Source: Macrostomum lignano (taxonomy: Eukaryota). Taken from it: DNA of 64,000 nt. A program made the position numbers and the translations under genes. The notes beneath the pieces were generated by a model, which did no database searches, was not told the origin of the DNA, and saw only the letters and a program-made list of their open reading frames with translations. This document shows, piece by piece, positions 11,801-24,390 of the stretch. Positions within the stretch are counted from its first letter, which is position 1, and every line of letters begins with the position of its first letter. The stretch covers positions 1 through 64,000 of the forward strand of contig NIVC01001126.1 in assembly GCA_002269645.1 (NCBI GenBank). Direction: 5' to 3'.

Positions 11801-14800
11801 CTCCTCTCCTCACCTCTCCTCTCCTCTCCTCTCCACTCCTCTCCTCTCCACTCCTCTCCACTCCTCTCCTCACCTCTCCTCTCCTCTCCTCTCCTCTCCT
11901 CTCCTCTCCTCTCCTATCCTCTCCTCACCTCTCCTCTCCTCTCCACTCCTCTCCTCACCTCTCCTCACCTCTCCTCTCCTCTCCTCTCCACTCCTCTCCT
12001 CACCTCTCCTCTCCTCTCCACTCCTCTCCTCTCCACTCCTCTCCTCTCCACTCCTCTCCTCTCCACTCCTCTCCTCACCTCTCCTCTCCTCTCCTCTCCT
12101 CTCCTCTCCTCTCCTCTCCTCACCTCTCCTCTCTCACCTCTCCTCTCCTCTCCTCTCTCTCTCCTCTCCACTCCTATCCTCTCCTCACCTCTCCACTCCT
12201 CTCCTCTCCTCTCCTCTCCTCTCCTCACCTCTCCTCTCCTCTCCTCTCCACTCCTATTCTCTCCTCACCTCTCCTCCCTCTCCTCTCCTCTCCTCTCCTC
12301 TCCTCTCCTCTCCTCTCCTCTCCTCTCCTCTCCTCTCCTCTCCTCTCCTCTCCTCTCCTCACCTCTCCTCTCCTCTCCTCTCCTCTCCTCTCCACTCCTA
12401 TTCTCTCCTCACCTCTCCTCTCCTCTCCTCTCCTCTCCTCTCCTCTCCTCTCCTCACCTCTCCTCTCCTCTCCTCTCCTCTCCTCTCCATCCCTATCCTC
12501 TCCTCACCTCTCCACTCCTCTCCTCTCCTCTCCTCTCCTCTCCTCACCTCTCCTCTCCTCTCCTCTCCACTCCTCTCCTCACCTCTCCTCACCTCTCTCT
12601 CCTCTCCTCTCCTCACCTTCCTCTCCACTCCTCTCCTCTCCACTCTCTCCTCTCCACTCCTCTCCTCACCTCTCCTCTCTCTCTCCACTCCTCTCCTCTC
12701 CACTCCTCTCCTCTCCACTCCTCTCCTCTCCTCTCCACTCCTCTCCTCACCTCTCCTCTCCTCCTCTCCACTCCTCTCCTCTCCACTCCTCTCCACTCCT
12801 CTCCACCTCTCCTCTCCTCTCCTCTCCTCTCCTCTCCTCTCCTCTCCTATCCTCTCCTCACCTCTCCTCTCCTCTCCACTCCTCTCCTCACCTCTCCTCA
12901 CCTCTCCTCTCCTCTCCTCTCCTCTCCTCTCCTCACCTCTCCTCTCCTCTCCACTCCTCTCCTCTCCACTCCTCCTCTCCACTCCTCTCCTCTCCACTCC
13001 TCTCCTCACCTCTCCTCTCCTCTCCTCTCCTCTCTCTCCTCTCCTCACCTCTCCTCTCCTCACCTCTCCTCTCCTCTCCTCTCCTCTCCTCTCCACTCCT
13101 ATCCTCTCCTCACCTCTCCACTCCTCTCCTCTCCTCTCCTCTCCTCTCCTCACCTCTCCTCTCCTCTCCTCTCCACTCCTATTCTCTCCTCACCTCTCCT
13201 CTCCTCTCCTCTCCTCTCCTCTCCACTCCTCTCCTCTCCACTCCTCTCCTCACTCTCCTCTCCTCTCCTCTCCTCTCTCTCCTCTCCTCACCTCTCCTCT
13301 CCTCACCTCTCCTCTCCTCTCCTCCTCTCCTCTCCACTCCTATCCTCTCTCACCTCTCCACTCCTCTCCTCTCCTCTCCTCTCCTCTCCTCACCTCTCCT
13401 CTCCTCTCCTCTCCACTCCTATTCTCTCCTCACCTCTCCTCTCCTCTCCTCTCCTCTCCTCTCCTCTCCTCTCCTCTCCTCTCCTCTCCTCTCCTCTCCT
13501 CTCCTCTCCTCTCCTCACCTCTCCTCTCCTCTCCTCTCCTCACCTCTCCTCTCCACTCCTCTCCTCTCCACTCCTCTCCTCTCCACTCCTCTCCTCACTC
13601 TCCTCTCCTCTCCACTCCTCTCCTCTCCACTCCTCTCATCCCTCTCTTCTCATCTCCTCTCATCTCCTCTCCTCTCCTCTCCTCTCCTCTCTCCTCTCCT
13701 CTCCTCTCCTCTCCTCTCCTCTTATCTCCTCTCATCTCCTCTCTTCTCATCTCCTCTCTTCTCATCTCCTCTCATCTCCTCACCTCTCCTCTCCTCTCCA
13801 CTCCTCTCCTCTCCTCTCCTCACCTCTCCTCTCCTCTCCTCTCCACTCCTCTCCTCTCTCTCTCTCTCCACTCCTCTCCTCTCCACTCCTCTCCTCTCCA
13901 CTCCTCTCCTCTCCACTCCTCTCCTCACCTCTCCTCTCCTCTCCTCTCCTCTCCTCCTCTCCTCACCTCTCCTCTCCTCACCTCTCCTCTCCTCTCCTCT
14001 CCTCTCCTCTCCACTCCTATCCTCTCCTCACCTCTCCACTCCTCTCTCTCCTCTCCTCTCCTCTCTCACCTCTCCTCTCCTCTCCTCTCCACTCCTCTCT
14101 CCTCACCTCTCCTCTCCTCTCCTCTCCTCTCCTCTCCTCTCCTCTCTCTCCTCTCCTCTCCTCTCCTCTCCTCTCCTCTCCTCTCCTCTCCCACCTCTCC
14201 TCTCCTCTCCTCTCCTCACCTCTCCTCTCCACTCCTCTCCTCTCCACTCCTCTCCTCTCCACTCCTCTCCTCACCTCTCCTCTCCTCTCCACTCCTCTCC
14301 TCTCCACTCCTCTCATCTCCTCTCTTCTCATCTCCTCTCATCTCCTCTCCTCTCCTCTCCTCTCCTCCTCTCCTCTCCTCTCCACTCTCTCCTCTCCTCT
14401 TATCTCCTCTCATCTCCTCTCTTCATCTCCTCTCTTCTCATCTCCTCTCATCTCCTCACCTCTCCTCTCCTCTCCACTCCTCTCTCTCACCTCTCCACCT
14501 CTCCTCTCCTCTCCTCTCCACTCCTCTCCTCACCTCTCCTCTCCTCTCCACTCCTCTCCTCTCCACTCCTCTCCTCTCCACTCCTCTCCTCTCCACTCCT
14601 CTCCTCACCTCTCCTCTCCTCTCCTCTCCTCTCCTCTCCTCTCCTCACCTCTCCTCTCCTCACCTCTCCTCTCCTCTCCTCTCTCTCTCCTCTCCACTCC
14701 TATCCTCTCCTCACCTCTCCACTCCTCTCCTCTCCTCTCCTCTCCTCTCCTCACCTCTCCTCTCCTCTCCTCTCCACTCCTATTCTCTCCTCACCTCTCC

Positions 14801-15620
14801 TCTCCTCTCCTCTCCTCTCCTCTCCTCTCCTCTCCTCTCCTCTCTCTCTCCTCTCCTCTCCTCTCCTCTCCTCTCCTCTCCTCACCTCTCCTCTCCTCTC
14901 TCTCCTCACCTCTCCTCTCCACTCCTCTCTCTCCTCTCCTCTCCACTCCTCTCCTCACCTCTCCTCTCCTCTCCACTCCTCTCCTCTCCACTCCTCTCAT
15001 CTCCTCTCTTCTCATCTCCTCTCATCTCCTCTCCTCTCCTCTCCTCTCCTCCTCTCCTCTCCTCTCCTCTCCTCTCCTCTCCTCTTATCTCCTCTCATCT
15101 CCTCTCTTCTCATCTCCTCTCTTCTCATCTCCTCTCATCTCCTCACCTCTCCTCTCCTCTCCACTCCTCTCCTCACCTCTCCTCACCTCTCCTCTCCTCT
15201 CCTCTCCACTCCTCTCCTCACCTCTCCTCTCCTCTCCACTCCTCTCCTCTCCACTCCTCTCCTCTCCACTCCTCTCCTCTCCACTCCTCTCCTCACCTCT
15301 CCTCTCCTCTCCTCTCCTCTCCTCTCCTCTCCTCACCTCTCCTCTCCTCACCTCTCCTCTCCTCTCCTCTCCTCTCCTCTCCACTCCTATCCTCTCCTCA
15401 CCTCTCCACTCCTCTCCTCTCCTCTCCTCTCCTCTCCTCACCTCTCCTCTCCTCTCCTCTCCACTCCTATTCTCTCCTCACCTCTCCTCTCCTCTCCTCT
15501 CCTCTCCTCTCCTCTCCTCTCCTCTCCTCTCCTCTCCTCTCCTCTCCTCTCCTCTCCTCTCCTCTCCTCTCCTCTCCTCACCTCTCCTCTCCTCTCCTCT
15601 CCTCTCCTCTCCTTTCTTCT
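8822..15620. repeat. About 6.8-kb (CTCCT)n pentamer satellite with CACCT, CTCCA and CTATC variants
   Basis: Almost purely pyrimidine + strand; explains the 2278-aa SSPLL ORF and all reverse EERRG ORFs. Confidence 0.97.
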
Positions 15621-16001
15621 CTCCTAGCGGTGCTGCTTAGTCAAACACTGAGATTAAACGAACTCATATTTGTTGAGTGGCAGCTTTTCTGTAAATACTG
15701 CAGCCTATTGCGGCTTAGCGGCCAGGATCCTACAGGCAAGCACCAGGAACTGCTGCTTCTGTTGCAGATGGCTGCACTTAAATCAAGCAGTATGCATCCC
15801 CTTAAACAGGCACGTCTACTTTCATACTATATTAATAGTTTACTCTTTATTTTCATTTTTGTCTACGCACTTAAGTACGGCTCGTACGCAGTCACCGAAA
15901 ACGAGAAACAGTAGACTATAAGAAGCGATATTAAAACTTTGACTAGTTGGAAATTCATTTTGAGTTTAAAGTTATTTGTACTTTCGTGGTGTATGTTCAT
16001 G

Positions 16002-16325
16002 TTTTATTTTTTGAGGCAGGGTCTGTTTGCACCCTGGCGCACTTTAAGCGACATTGTCACACAACCGGCGAGAGGCATTACTGCCCATTCTGCCGACTCC
16101 CCTGAGCAGGCACACAAGCGCACGGATACGTAAGCAGTCATACGCAGTCATAGGCATGTACACTTCACTGCGCCTTGGGGGTTGGCCCCTCAAGGCCGTT
16201 AATTGCACGAGCAGAGCCAAGCCGAGATTCTAATTTAGCCCCAAATTAATGAGACTGCACTTGGAATCGAGCCTGGGCCGCTGGCACATCAGAGCGCCGC
16301 GCCAGACCGCTGGGCTACGGCTACC
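16002..16325 (-). mobile_element. tRNA-derived SINE, copy 1
   Basis: On the - strand: A-box TAGCCCAGCGG (16317-16307), B-box-like GGCTCGATTCC (16273-16263), A-rich tail near 16002. A near-identical copy lies at 23322-23680. Confidence 0.8.
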
Positions 16326-16676
16326 CCTGTATGGATATTTTGTGTTGGGAACTTATGTTGGATATGTACTTTTGTGGTATATGTACTTTTGTAATGCATG
16401 TACTTTTGTAATGCATGTACTTTTGTAATACATGTACTTTTATAATATGTAATTTTGTAAAATATGTACCTACCAGTACATATGAAGCTTTGGGGGTATA
16501 TACGTACTTTGTACTCTTTGTAATTTTCTCACTATCGAATTTTGCGCGTCTTGTGTGTGTTCCAACACTTTATCGTTAAACGTGTACTTTTCGCACTCAA
16601 AAAGTGCAAATATTTGTTTCGTACAAAAAGCTAATAGTGAAATTAAAAGGTGACCAGTTGATACTAGATACAGAGG

Positions 16677-18141
16677 TCACAGTTGAGTGCACATCTCAAC
16701 GTCTCTCAACGACTGGGCCCTTCGAATATTCACCGTCGAAGTCGGCTGCAAAAAACTTGGCAGGCGATTCAGGCCCTCCCGCTGCTGCTGGCGAGCGACT
16801 TGCTGCGATTGAGCACGTCTGGCTGGCTGCACTTTCTTCCGGCTCTGCTTCGGGTTGTTCCGTTGCTGCTTCTGCTGTCTGGTGTTTGGGTTTTTTCTGG
16901 CCACGGAGGCTGTCACGTGACTCTGCGGAGCGTACGTCTTCCCTGACACCAGGTGCCGCTTCAGGCAGCGCTCGCTCCATGACAGCAGCTGGGAGGCTTT
17001 ATAAGCCTGCAGCTGGTCGCTTAGCAGCGCTTCATCCGCTTGACCTTCCAGCATCATTACCGATCGTTTGAGCCGGTCGCGAGCCTCTCGACAGTCGTTG
17101 AGCGCCGACGGCTGCTCAAGCGCTCCGGAATCCAGGCACTTCTCCAGCTCCCAGAGCATCGCCTTGAAGGCAGTCAGGTGCGGCCTGAGCAGGTCCAACT
17201 GACCGAGAATGCTCTGCAGGCTGACAGACTTTGCGGCAGCCACCGTAACTGCCGCTGTGTCATCGGAGTCAGCTTCTGTGCTCAGCGGCAAGGGCGGAGG
17301 CAGCGGTACATTGTTGCTTTTGCTGTTGCTGCTGCTGCTGCTGCTGCTTCTGCTGGTGACCATGTTTTTGTTGCAGACTTTAGCAGTTGTAGACTTGTAC
17401 CTTTCTGAGTCTGCGTCGCCTTTGACGCTGTCCTGCGTGTCGCTCACTGGTCCATGTTCCCGACGCCTCCGATGCTGTCGATGGCGGTACAGCAGAACGG
17501 CTGCAGCTGCCACTGCGTTGGTTCGGGTAGAGAGGAGATGAAGCTTTGCTGATTAGGGAAGAGACTGTGGGGATTAGGGAACAGAGCGTGGGGATTAGGG
17601 AACAGAGCGTGGGGATTAGGGAAGAGAGTGTGGGGGATTAGTGAAGAGAGTGTGGGGAGTAGGGAAGAGACTGTGGGGGATTAGGGAAGAGACTGTGGGG
17701 GATTAGGGAAGAGACTGTGGGGATTAGTGAAGAGAGTGTGGGGATTAGGGAAGAGACTGTGGGGGATTAGGGAAGAGACTGTGTGGATTAGTGAAGAAAC
17801 TGTGGGGAATATTGAAGAGCCTGTGAGGATTAGGGAAGAGACTGTGGAGGATTAGTGAAGAGACTGCTGGGGATTGGAGGATTGGAGAATTGTGAAAATG
17901 CTTTGTGACACTCACGGGAAACTCCCACGACTGCCACAATCAGCACAACAATCAATGCAGTCTCCGAGGCTGCACCATCAGCGGCCGACGACGGCTTGTT
18001 GCAGATTCTGCTTTTAATCTCTCCGTCATCTACCGTCAGCACAGAAATGTTGAAGCTGTCACCGACACACCGATCGACGCAAGTCGTTGAGAATGGGTCA
18101 AAGAATGAGTCACTGCAGGCGGGTGCGCTTCGGGTTGACAT
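16677..18141 (-). CDS. Single-pass membrane protein with a short Cys-rich ectodomain and a long low-complexity tail; exons 18141-17916 and 17512-16677 (about 353 aa); 5' end uncertain
   Basis: Phase-1 GT-AG splice (C|gtgagt ... cgcag|TG) fuses the two ORFs into one TM helix ALIVVLIVAVVGVSLAAAAVLLY, followed by the basic stop-transfer RHRQHRRRR. Confidence 0.7.
17551..17880. repeat. About 22-bp GGGGATTAGGGAAGAGACTGTG minisatellite filling the intron of the membrane-protein gene
   Basis: Tandem array between acceptor 17513 and donor 17915. Confidence 0.9.
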
Positions 18142-18144
18142 GGC

Positions 18145-18585
18145 AGTGACTCTATGGCTGTCTGACAGTGTGACTCTCTGCTTGTCTCACAGTGTGACTC
18201 TCTGCTTGTCTCACAGTGTGACTCTATGGCTGTCTCACAGTGTAACTTTCTGGCTGTCTCACAGTGTGACTCTCTGCCTGTCTCACAGTGTGACTCTCTG
18301 CCTGTCTCGCAGTGTGACTCTCTGCCTGTCTCGCAGTGTAACTCTATGGCTGTCTCACAGTGTGACTTTCTGGCTGTGTCACAGTAGTGTGACTCTCTGC
18401 TTGTCTCACCGTGTGACTCTCTACCTGTCTCACAGTGTGACTCTATGGCTGTCTCACAGTGTGACTTTCTGGCTGTCTCACAGTGTGACTTTCTGGCTGT
18501 CTCACAGTGTGACTTTCTGGCTGTCTCACAGTGTGACTCTATGGCTGTCTCACAGTGTGACTCTCTGGCTGTCTCACAGTGTGAC
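18145..18585. repeat. 24-bp minisatellite GTGACTCTCTGGCTGTCTCACAGT
   Basis: Translations SHSVTLCL and ESHCETAR in the ORF track. Confidence 0.9.
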
Positions 18586-19337
18586 TCCACGCTCCTATGC
18601 CTGTATAGAAAACAGACAGGTACAGGTTGCCAATGAACTCCGCATGTCCCAGTCTTAACAACAATAAAGTGTGGTTAAATTCATCACAACCCCAGTTGGT
18701 CAATGCTGCAGTTATTGAATATTTCATAGGCCTGTTCCTGTGAGCTGAGCACAGAGAGCTCAGATTGAATTGACTGACTGCAGTTCATTCAGGCGGAAAT
18801 AATGATTGACTCACATAAACATGGATAGATACAATCTCCCAGCAGTACACTGTTCTTGTGGGATCTGATAGGCTTGTGTTTAAAGAGTACGGGTGCGATT
18901 ATATAGAAGTACAAATCCTGACACCGCTCGTAGCCAAGGAAGGCCGTCATTTCAATCAATGGAATGGAATTCAATGGAATTCAATGGAATTCAATGGAAA
19001 GCAGATCCAGCAGAAGCAGACAGCCGGGCTTCTGGCACTTCCTGTATCCTATATCATGTATGAGAACATTTTCACCCATTTTTGCATTTTTCCTCCCGTT
19101 ACAGCTCTGCCGCAGGAAACTGGGCGTTGATGAGGCTTTCAGTTGGGGAATTTGATACTTTTTTCCCAGAGATGGAAGCGCGATTTTGGTTTGAATAAAA
19201 TTTCCCAAAATTCTCACCGACAAAATTCGCTTTAGCATTAAAAAAATTCTATTTGACACCTGCGACTAAAGTAACATGGGATTCTACTTCTTGCCCACAT
19301 GTTAACCATTCGTGACTGACACGCACTAACTCATCTT

Positions 19338-21830
19338 GCAGTCTCACTCATTCTCTCACTGTCTCACTCATTCTCTCACTGTCTCACTCAATATCTCACT
19401 GTCTCACTCATTCTCTCACTGTCTCACTCAATATCTCACTGTCTCACTCATTCTCTCACTGTCTCACTCATTCTCTCACTGTCTCACTCATTCTCTCACT
19501 GTCTCACTCAATATCTCACTGTCTCACTCATTCTCCCTCTGTCTCACTCATTCTCTCACTGTCTCACTCATTCTCTAACTGTCTCACTCATTCTCCCTCT
19601 GTCTTACTCATTCTCTCACTGTCTCACTCATTCTCTCACTGTCTCACTCATTCTCTCATTGTCTCATTCATTCTCTCACTGTCTCACTCATTCTCTCACT
19701 GTCTCACTCATTCTCTCATTGTCTCACTCACTCTCTCATTGTCTCATTCATTCTCTCACTGTCTCACTCATTCTCTCACTGTCTCACTCATTCTCTCATT
19801 GTCTCACTCACTCTCTCATTGTCTCACTCACTCTCTCATTGTCTCACTCATTCTCTCACTGTCTCATTCATTCTCTCACTGTCTCACTCATTCTCTCACT
19901 GTCTCACTCATTCTCTCACTGTCTCACTCATTCTCTCACTGTCTCACTCATTCTCCCTCTGTCTCACTCATTCTCTCATTGTCTCACTCATTCTCTCACT
20001 GTCTCACTCATTCTCTCATTGTCTCACTCATTCTCTCACTGTCTCACTCATTCTCTCATTGTCTCACTCATTCTCTCACTGTCTCACTCATTCTCTCACT
20101 GTCTCACTCATTCTCTCACTGTCTCACTCATTCTCTCACTGTCTCACTCATTCTCTCACTGTCTCACTCATTCTCCCTCTGTCTCACTCATTCTCTCACT
20201 GTCTCACTCATTCTCTCACTGTCTCACTCATTCTCCCTCTGTCTCACTCATTCTCTCACTGTCTCACTCATTCTCTCACTGTCTCACTCATTCTCCCTCT
20301 GTCTCACTCATTCTCTCATTGTCTCACTCATTCTCTCACTGTCTCACTCATTCTCTCATTGTCTCACTCATTCTCTCACTGTCTCACTCATTCTCTCACT
20401 GTCTCACTCATTCTCTCATTGTCTCACTCACTCTCTCACTGTCTTACTCATTCTCTCACTGTCTCACTCATTCTCTCACTGTCTCACTCATTCTCTCACT
20501 GTCTCACTCATTCTCCCTCTGTCTCACTCATTCTCTCATTGTCTCACTCATTCTCTCACTGTCTCACTCATTCTCTCATTGTCTCACTCATTCTCTCACT
20601 GTCTCACTCATTCTCCCTCTGTCTCACTCATTCTCCCTCTGTCTCACTCATTCTCTCACTGTCTCACTCATTCTCCCTCTGTCTCACTCATTCTCTCATT
20701 GTCTCACTCATTCTCTCACTGTCTCACTCATTCTCTCATTGTCTCACTCATTCTCTCACTGTCTCACTCATTCTCTCATTGTCTCACTCATTCTCTCACT
20801 GTCTCACTCATTCTCCCTCTGTCTCACTCATTCTCCCTCTGTCTCACTCATTCTCTCACTGTCTCAGTCATTCTCTCACTGTCTCACTCATTCTCTCATT
20901 GTCTCATTCATTCTCTCACTGTCTCACTCATTCTCTCACTGTCTCACTCATTCTCCCTCTGTCTCACTCATTCTCTCACTGTCTCACTCATTCTCTCATT
21001 GTCTCACTCATTCTCTCATTGTCTCACTCATTCTCTAACTGTCTCACTCATTCTCCCTCTGTCTCACTCATTCTCTCACTGTCTCACTCATTCTCTTATT
21101 GTCTCACTCATTCTCTCACTGTCTCACTCATTCTCTCATTGTCTCACTCATTCTCTCACTGTCTCACTCATTCTCCCTCTGTCTCACTCATTCTCTCACT
21201 GTCTCACTCATTCTCTCACTGTCTCACTCATTCTCCCTCTGTCTCACTCATTCTCTCATTGTCTCACTCATTCTCTCACTGTCTCACTCATTCTCTCATT
21301 GTCTCACTCATTCTCTCACTGTCTCACTCATTCTCTCACTGTCTCACTCATTCTCTCACTGTCTCACTCATTCTCTCACTGTCTCACTCATTCTCTCACT
21401 GTCTCATTCATTCTCTCACTGTCTCACTCATTCTCCCTCTGTCTCACTCATTCTCTCATTGTCTCACTCATTCTCTCACTGTCTCACTCATTCTCTAACT
21501 GTCTCACTCATTCTCCCTCTGTCTCACTCATTCTCTCACTGTCTCACTCATTCTCTCATTGTCTCATTCATTCTCTCACTGTCTCACTCATTCTCTCACT
21601 GGCTCACTCATTCTCTCACTGTCTCACTCATTCTCCCTTTGTCTCACTCATTCTCTCATTGTCTCACTCATTCTCTCATTGTCTCACTCATTCTCTCACT
21701 GTCTCACTCATTCTCCCTCTGTCTCACTCATTCTCTCATTGTCTCATTCATTCTCTCACTGTCTCACTAAAAATCTCACTGTCTCACTCATTCTCTCACT
21801 GTCTCACTCAGTATCTCACTGTCTCACTCA
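19338..21830. repeat. About 2.5-kb 20-bp minisatellite GTCTCACTCATTCTCTCACT
   Basis: Exact 20-nt periodicity over about 125 units; ORFs 19659..22018 are artefacts of it. Confidence 0.97.
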
Positions 21831-22377
21831 TTGTTTCACCCACTTCTAGACTCCCGAAGTCAGCCGTCCAAGAATTCAATCTTCAGTGCACTATCGGTAT
21901 GCAACAGAGCCGCAAGAATTCCCCTATATGGAATATCTTCCTCTTTCTGGCCAGAAGAACCGATGCCTACCCAGCAAACACACAATTTCCCCTGAGCAAT
22001 GCAATAGCCCTTGGCTAGTCAAACAAACCTGGGTGGGATTTGGGAGGGGGGGCATTGATTCTCGGTACTAGGAATTACCATTCTGCGAGGACATAGTGAG
22101 GGCATAAGATCTGGTTGCAAATCATTTTGGCATAATTGTGTTGGCACAAGTATTTATAGAATAGATCAATGTACCCCCAAGCTAACCTATAATTAAGTTA
22201 GTAAGTCCATTGTGCCCGCTAAAATATTACTCGCTTTGTCAGCTAATTGATCGGGTATTGGGTCAGCTGATATGGCAGTCAGCTCACTTTTATTATCTGT
22301 AATCCCATTTATGCAGACTTGGCATCTGGCTTGCAATTTGTGCAGAAGTTGGTTTGATGAGAAATATTCACAAATAT

Positions 22378-23080
22378 GTCCTTATCTCTCATGTGTGCCT
22401 CTATCTCTGTTTTTATCTCTCATGTGTGCCTCTATCTCTGTTTTTATCTCTCCTGTGTGTCTCTATCTCTGTCCTTATCTCTCCTGTGTGTCTCTATCTC
22501 TGTTTTTATCTCTCCTGTGTGTCTCTATCTCTGTCCTTATCTCTCCTGTGTGTCTCTATCTCTGTTTTTATCTCTCATGTGTGCCTCTATCTCTGTTTTT
22601 ATCTCTCCTGTGTGTCTCTATCTCTGTCCTTATCTCTCCTGTGTGTCTCTATCTCTGTTTTTATCTCTCATGTGTGCCTCTATCTCTGTTTTTATCTCTC
22701 ATGTGTGCCTCTATCTCTGTTTTTATCTCTCATGTGTGCCTCTATCTCTGTTTTTATCTCTCCTGTGTGTCTCTATCTCTGTCCTTATCTCTCATGTGTG
22801 TCTCTATCTCTGTTTTTATCTCTCATGTGTGCCTCTATCTCTGTTTTTATCTCTCCTGTGTGTCTCTATCTCTGTCCTTATCTCTCCTGTGTGTCTCTAT
22901 CTCTGTTTTTATCTCTCCTGTGTGTCTCTATTTCTGTCCTTATCTCTCATGTGTGCCTCTATCTCTGTTTTTATCTCTCCTGTGTGTCTCTATCTCTGTC
23001 CTTATCTCTCCTGTGTGTCTCTATTTCTGTCCTTATCTCTCCTGTGTGTCTCTATCTCTGTCCTTATCTCCCCTGTGTGT
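22378..23080. repeat. 31-bp minisatellite TATCTCTCCTGTGTGTCTCTATCTCTGTTTT
   Basis: Unit restarts at 22383 and 22414 and continues. Confidence 0.92.
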
Positions 23081-23321
23081 GTCCGTATTCAAATCTATGC
23101 TAGTATTATCCCACTATACCTCTAATTCGAAGAAGCCCTACAGCGTAAATGACTTCAACCAGAAATAATCTAATCCCCACCCCCCTAAAAAAGATTTTTT
23201 CCCAAAGCAAAGAAGCCATGCCAGTTTGAATAATTTAATGCAAACAATAATGCATACAATGTCCCAGGTTAGCCAGAGGCTTGACTGTCAACAGAATTTA
23301 ATAACCAGATTCATGCATCGA

Positions 23322-23680
23322 TCTTTTTTATTGGAGGCAGGGGGCTGTATGCACCCTGGCGCACTTTAAGCGACATTGTCACACAACCGGCGAGAGGCAT
23401 TGCTGCCCATTCCGCCGACTCCCCTGAGCAGGCACACAAGCGCGCGGATACGTACGCAGGCACACACTCACACAGGAGTGTACAGCGGCCCTAACTTTAT
23501 ATTATCGTTAGGCATGTACACTTCACTGCGCCTTGGGGGGTTGGCTCTCAAGACCGTTAATTGCACGAGCAGAGCCAAGCCGAGATTCCAATTCAGCCCC
23601 AAATTAATGTGACTGCACTTGGAATCGAGCCTGGGTCGCTGGCACACCAGAGCAGCTGCGCTACCGCTGGGCTACGGCCC
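23322..23680 (-). mobile_element. tRNA-derived SINE, copy 2 (same family as 16002-16325)
   Basis: A-box 23674-23664, B-box-like 23631-23621; shared body GCACCCTGGCGCACTTTAAGCGACATTGTCACACAACCGGCGAGAGGCATT; different, longer middle segment near 23455-23510. Confidence 0.8.
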
Positions 23681-24028
23681 CCCTATGCATCGATCTTACA
23701 GGAAAGGCAAACTCTTTGAGGCAACTGCTACACAGCATGTTCTCAGCAATCATCGTACAGATTGATGCACTTTTATAGCAGCTAAATACACAAGAGAAGG
23801 CCGTGGCCCACAACTTCCCGATCGATGCTTTCCCCTCAACTTCTATTGTGGGAGTTTTTCGACTCCGAATTAATAAAAATGGATGACGTGGGGAGCCAAT
23901 CAAAATCCGGTTAGGGCCAGGTGCAACCGCCTACCAACCCCATCGCTTTAGCTGAAAGCAGAAGACAAAAGATTTCTCCTCATCTATCAGATTATCAGAT
24001 TCCCAAAGCTGAGTCCAATCTAGCCAAA

Positions 24029-24361
24029 ATGCGAGCCGCCAGTCTGCAATTTGCGATTTCTTTCGCTAATTTCTGGCCACCGCTGCTTCTGCTGCTGCTT
24101 CTGCAGCCAGAATCTGCCGCTGCGCAGCAGGCCGTGAAGCTGGAATGGTGGCACTACCTCATCATCGGGGCTGCCGTCTTGCTGCTCATTGTGGCCATCG
24201 CCGTCTCCTGCTACTGCAAAAAATGTCGCGGCAGTGATACCGCCGGTGGCGCCGCCGACGCCAGCGACTTCGCCAACGACGGCAGTCGGCCGAGAGGGAT
24301 CCGGGTGGGCAATGCGGTGGGGAAAATCCATCATCAGCATCAGCACGGAGCTAAGAAGTGA
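24029..24361 (+). CDS. 110-aa single-pass membrane microprotein: signal peptide, very short ectodomain, TM helix, juxtamembrane CYCKKC
   Basis: ATG 24029 (AAAATGC). MRAASL...[14 protein letters not shown] signal-like; [21 protein letters not shown]-like; GC-rich codon usage like neighbouring genes. Confidence 0.65.
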   Translation: MRAASLQFAISFANFWPPLLLLLLLQPESAAAQQAVKLEWWHYLIIGAAVLLLIVAIAVSCYCKKCRGSDTAGGAADASDFANDGSRPRGIRVGNAVGKIHHQHQHGAKK

Positions 24362-24390
24362 ACTGGACTGACAGCTGCTCTGCAAGACCC

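Noticed and set aside
8791-15627. 2278-aa Ser/Pro/Leu ORF as a mucin or extensin-like gene
   Set aside because: Pure translation of (CTCCT)n; a pyrimidine-only strand cannot form stop codons.
18840-18990. Possible LINE 3' end with a (GAATTCAATG)3 tail
   Set aside because: No second copy, ORF remnant or TSD in the window.
19336-23168. Long SHSFSHCLT and CLYLCFYL ORFs
   Set aside because: Translations of 20-bp and 31-bp minisatellites, open in several frames, with no coding signals.
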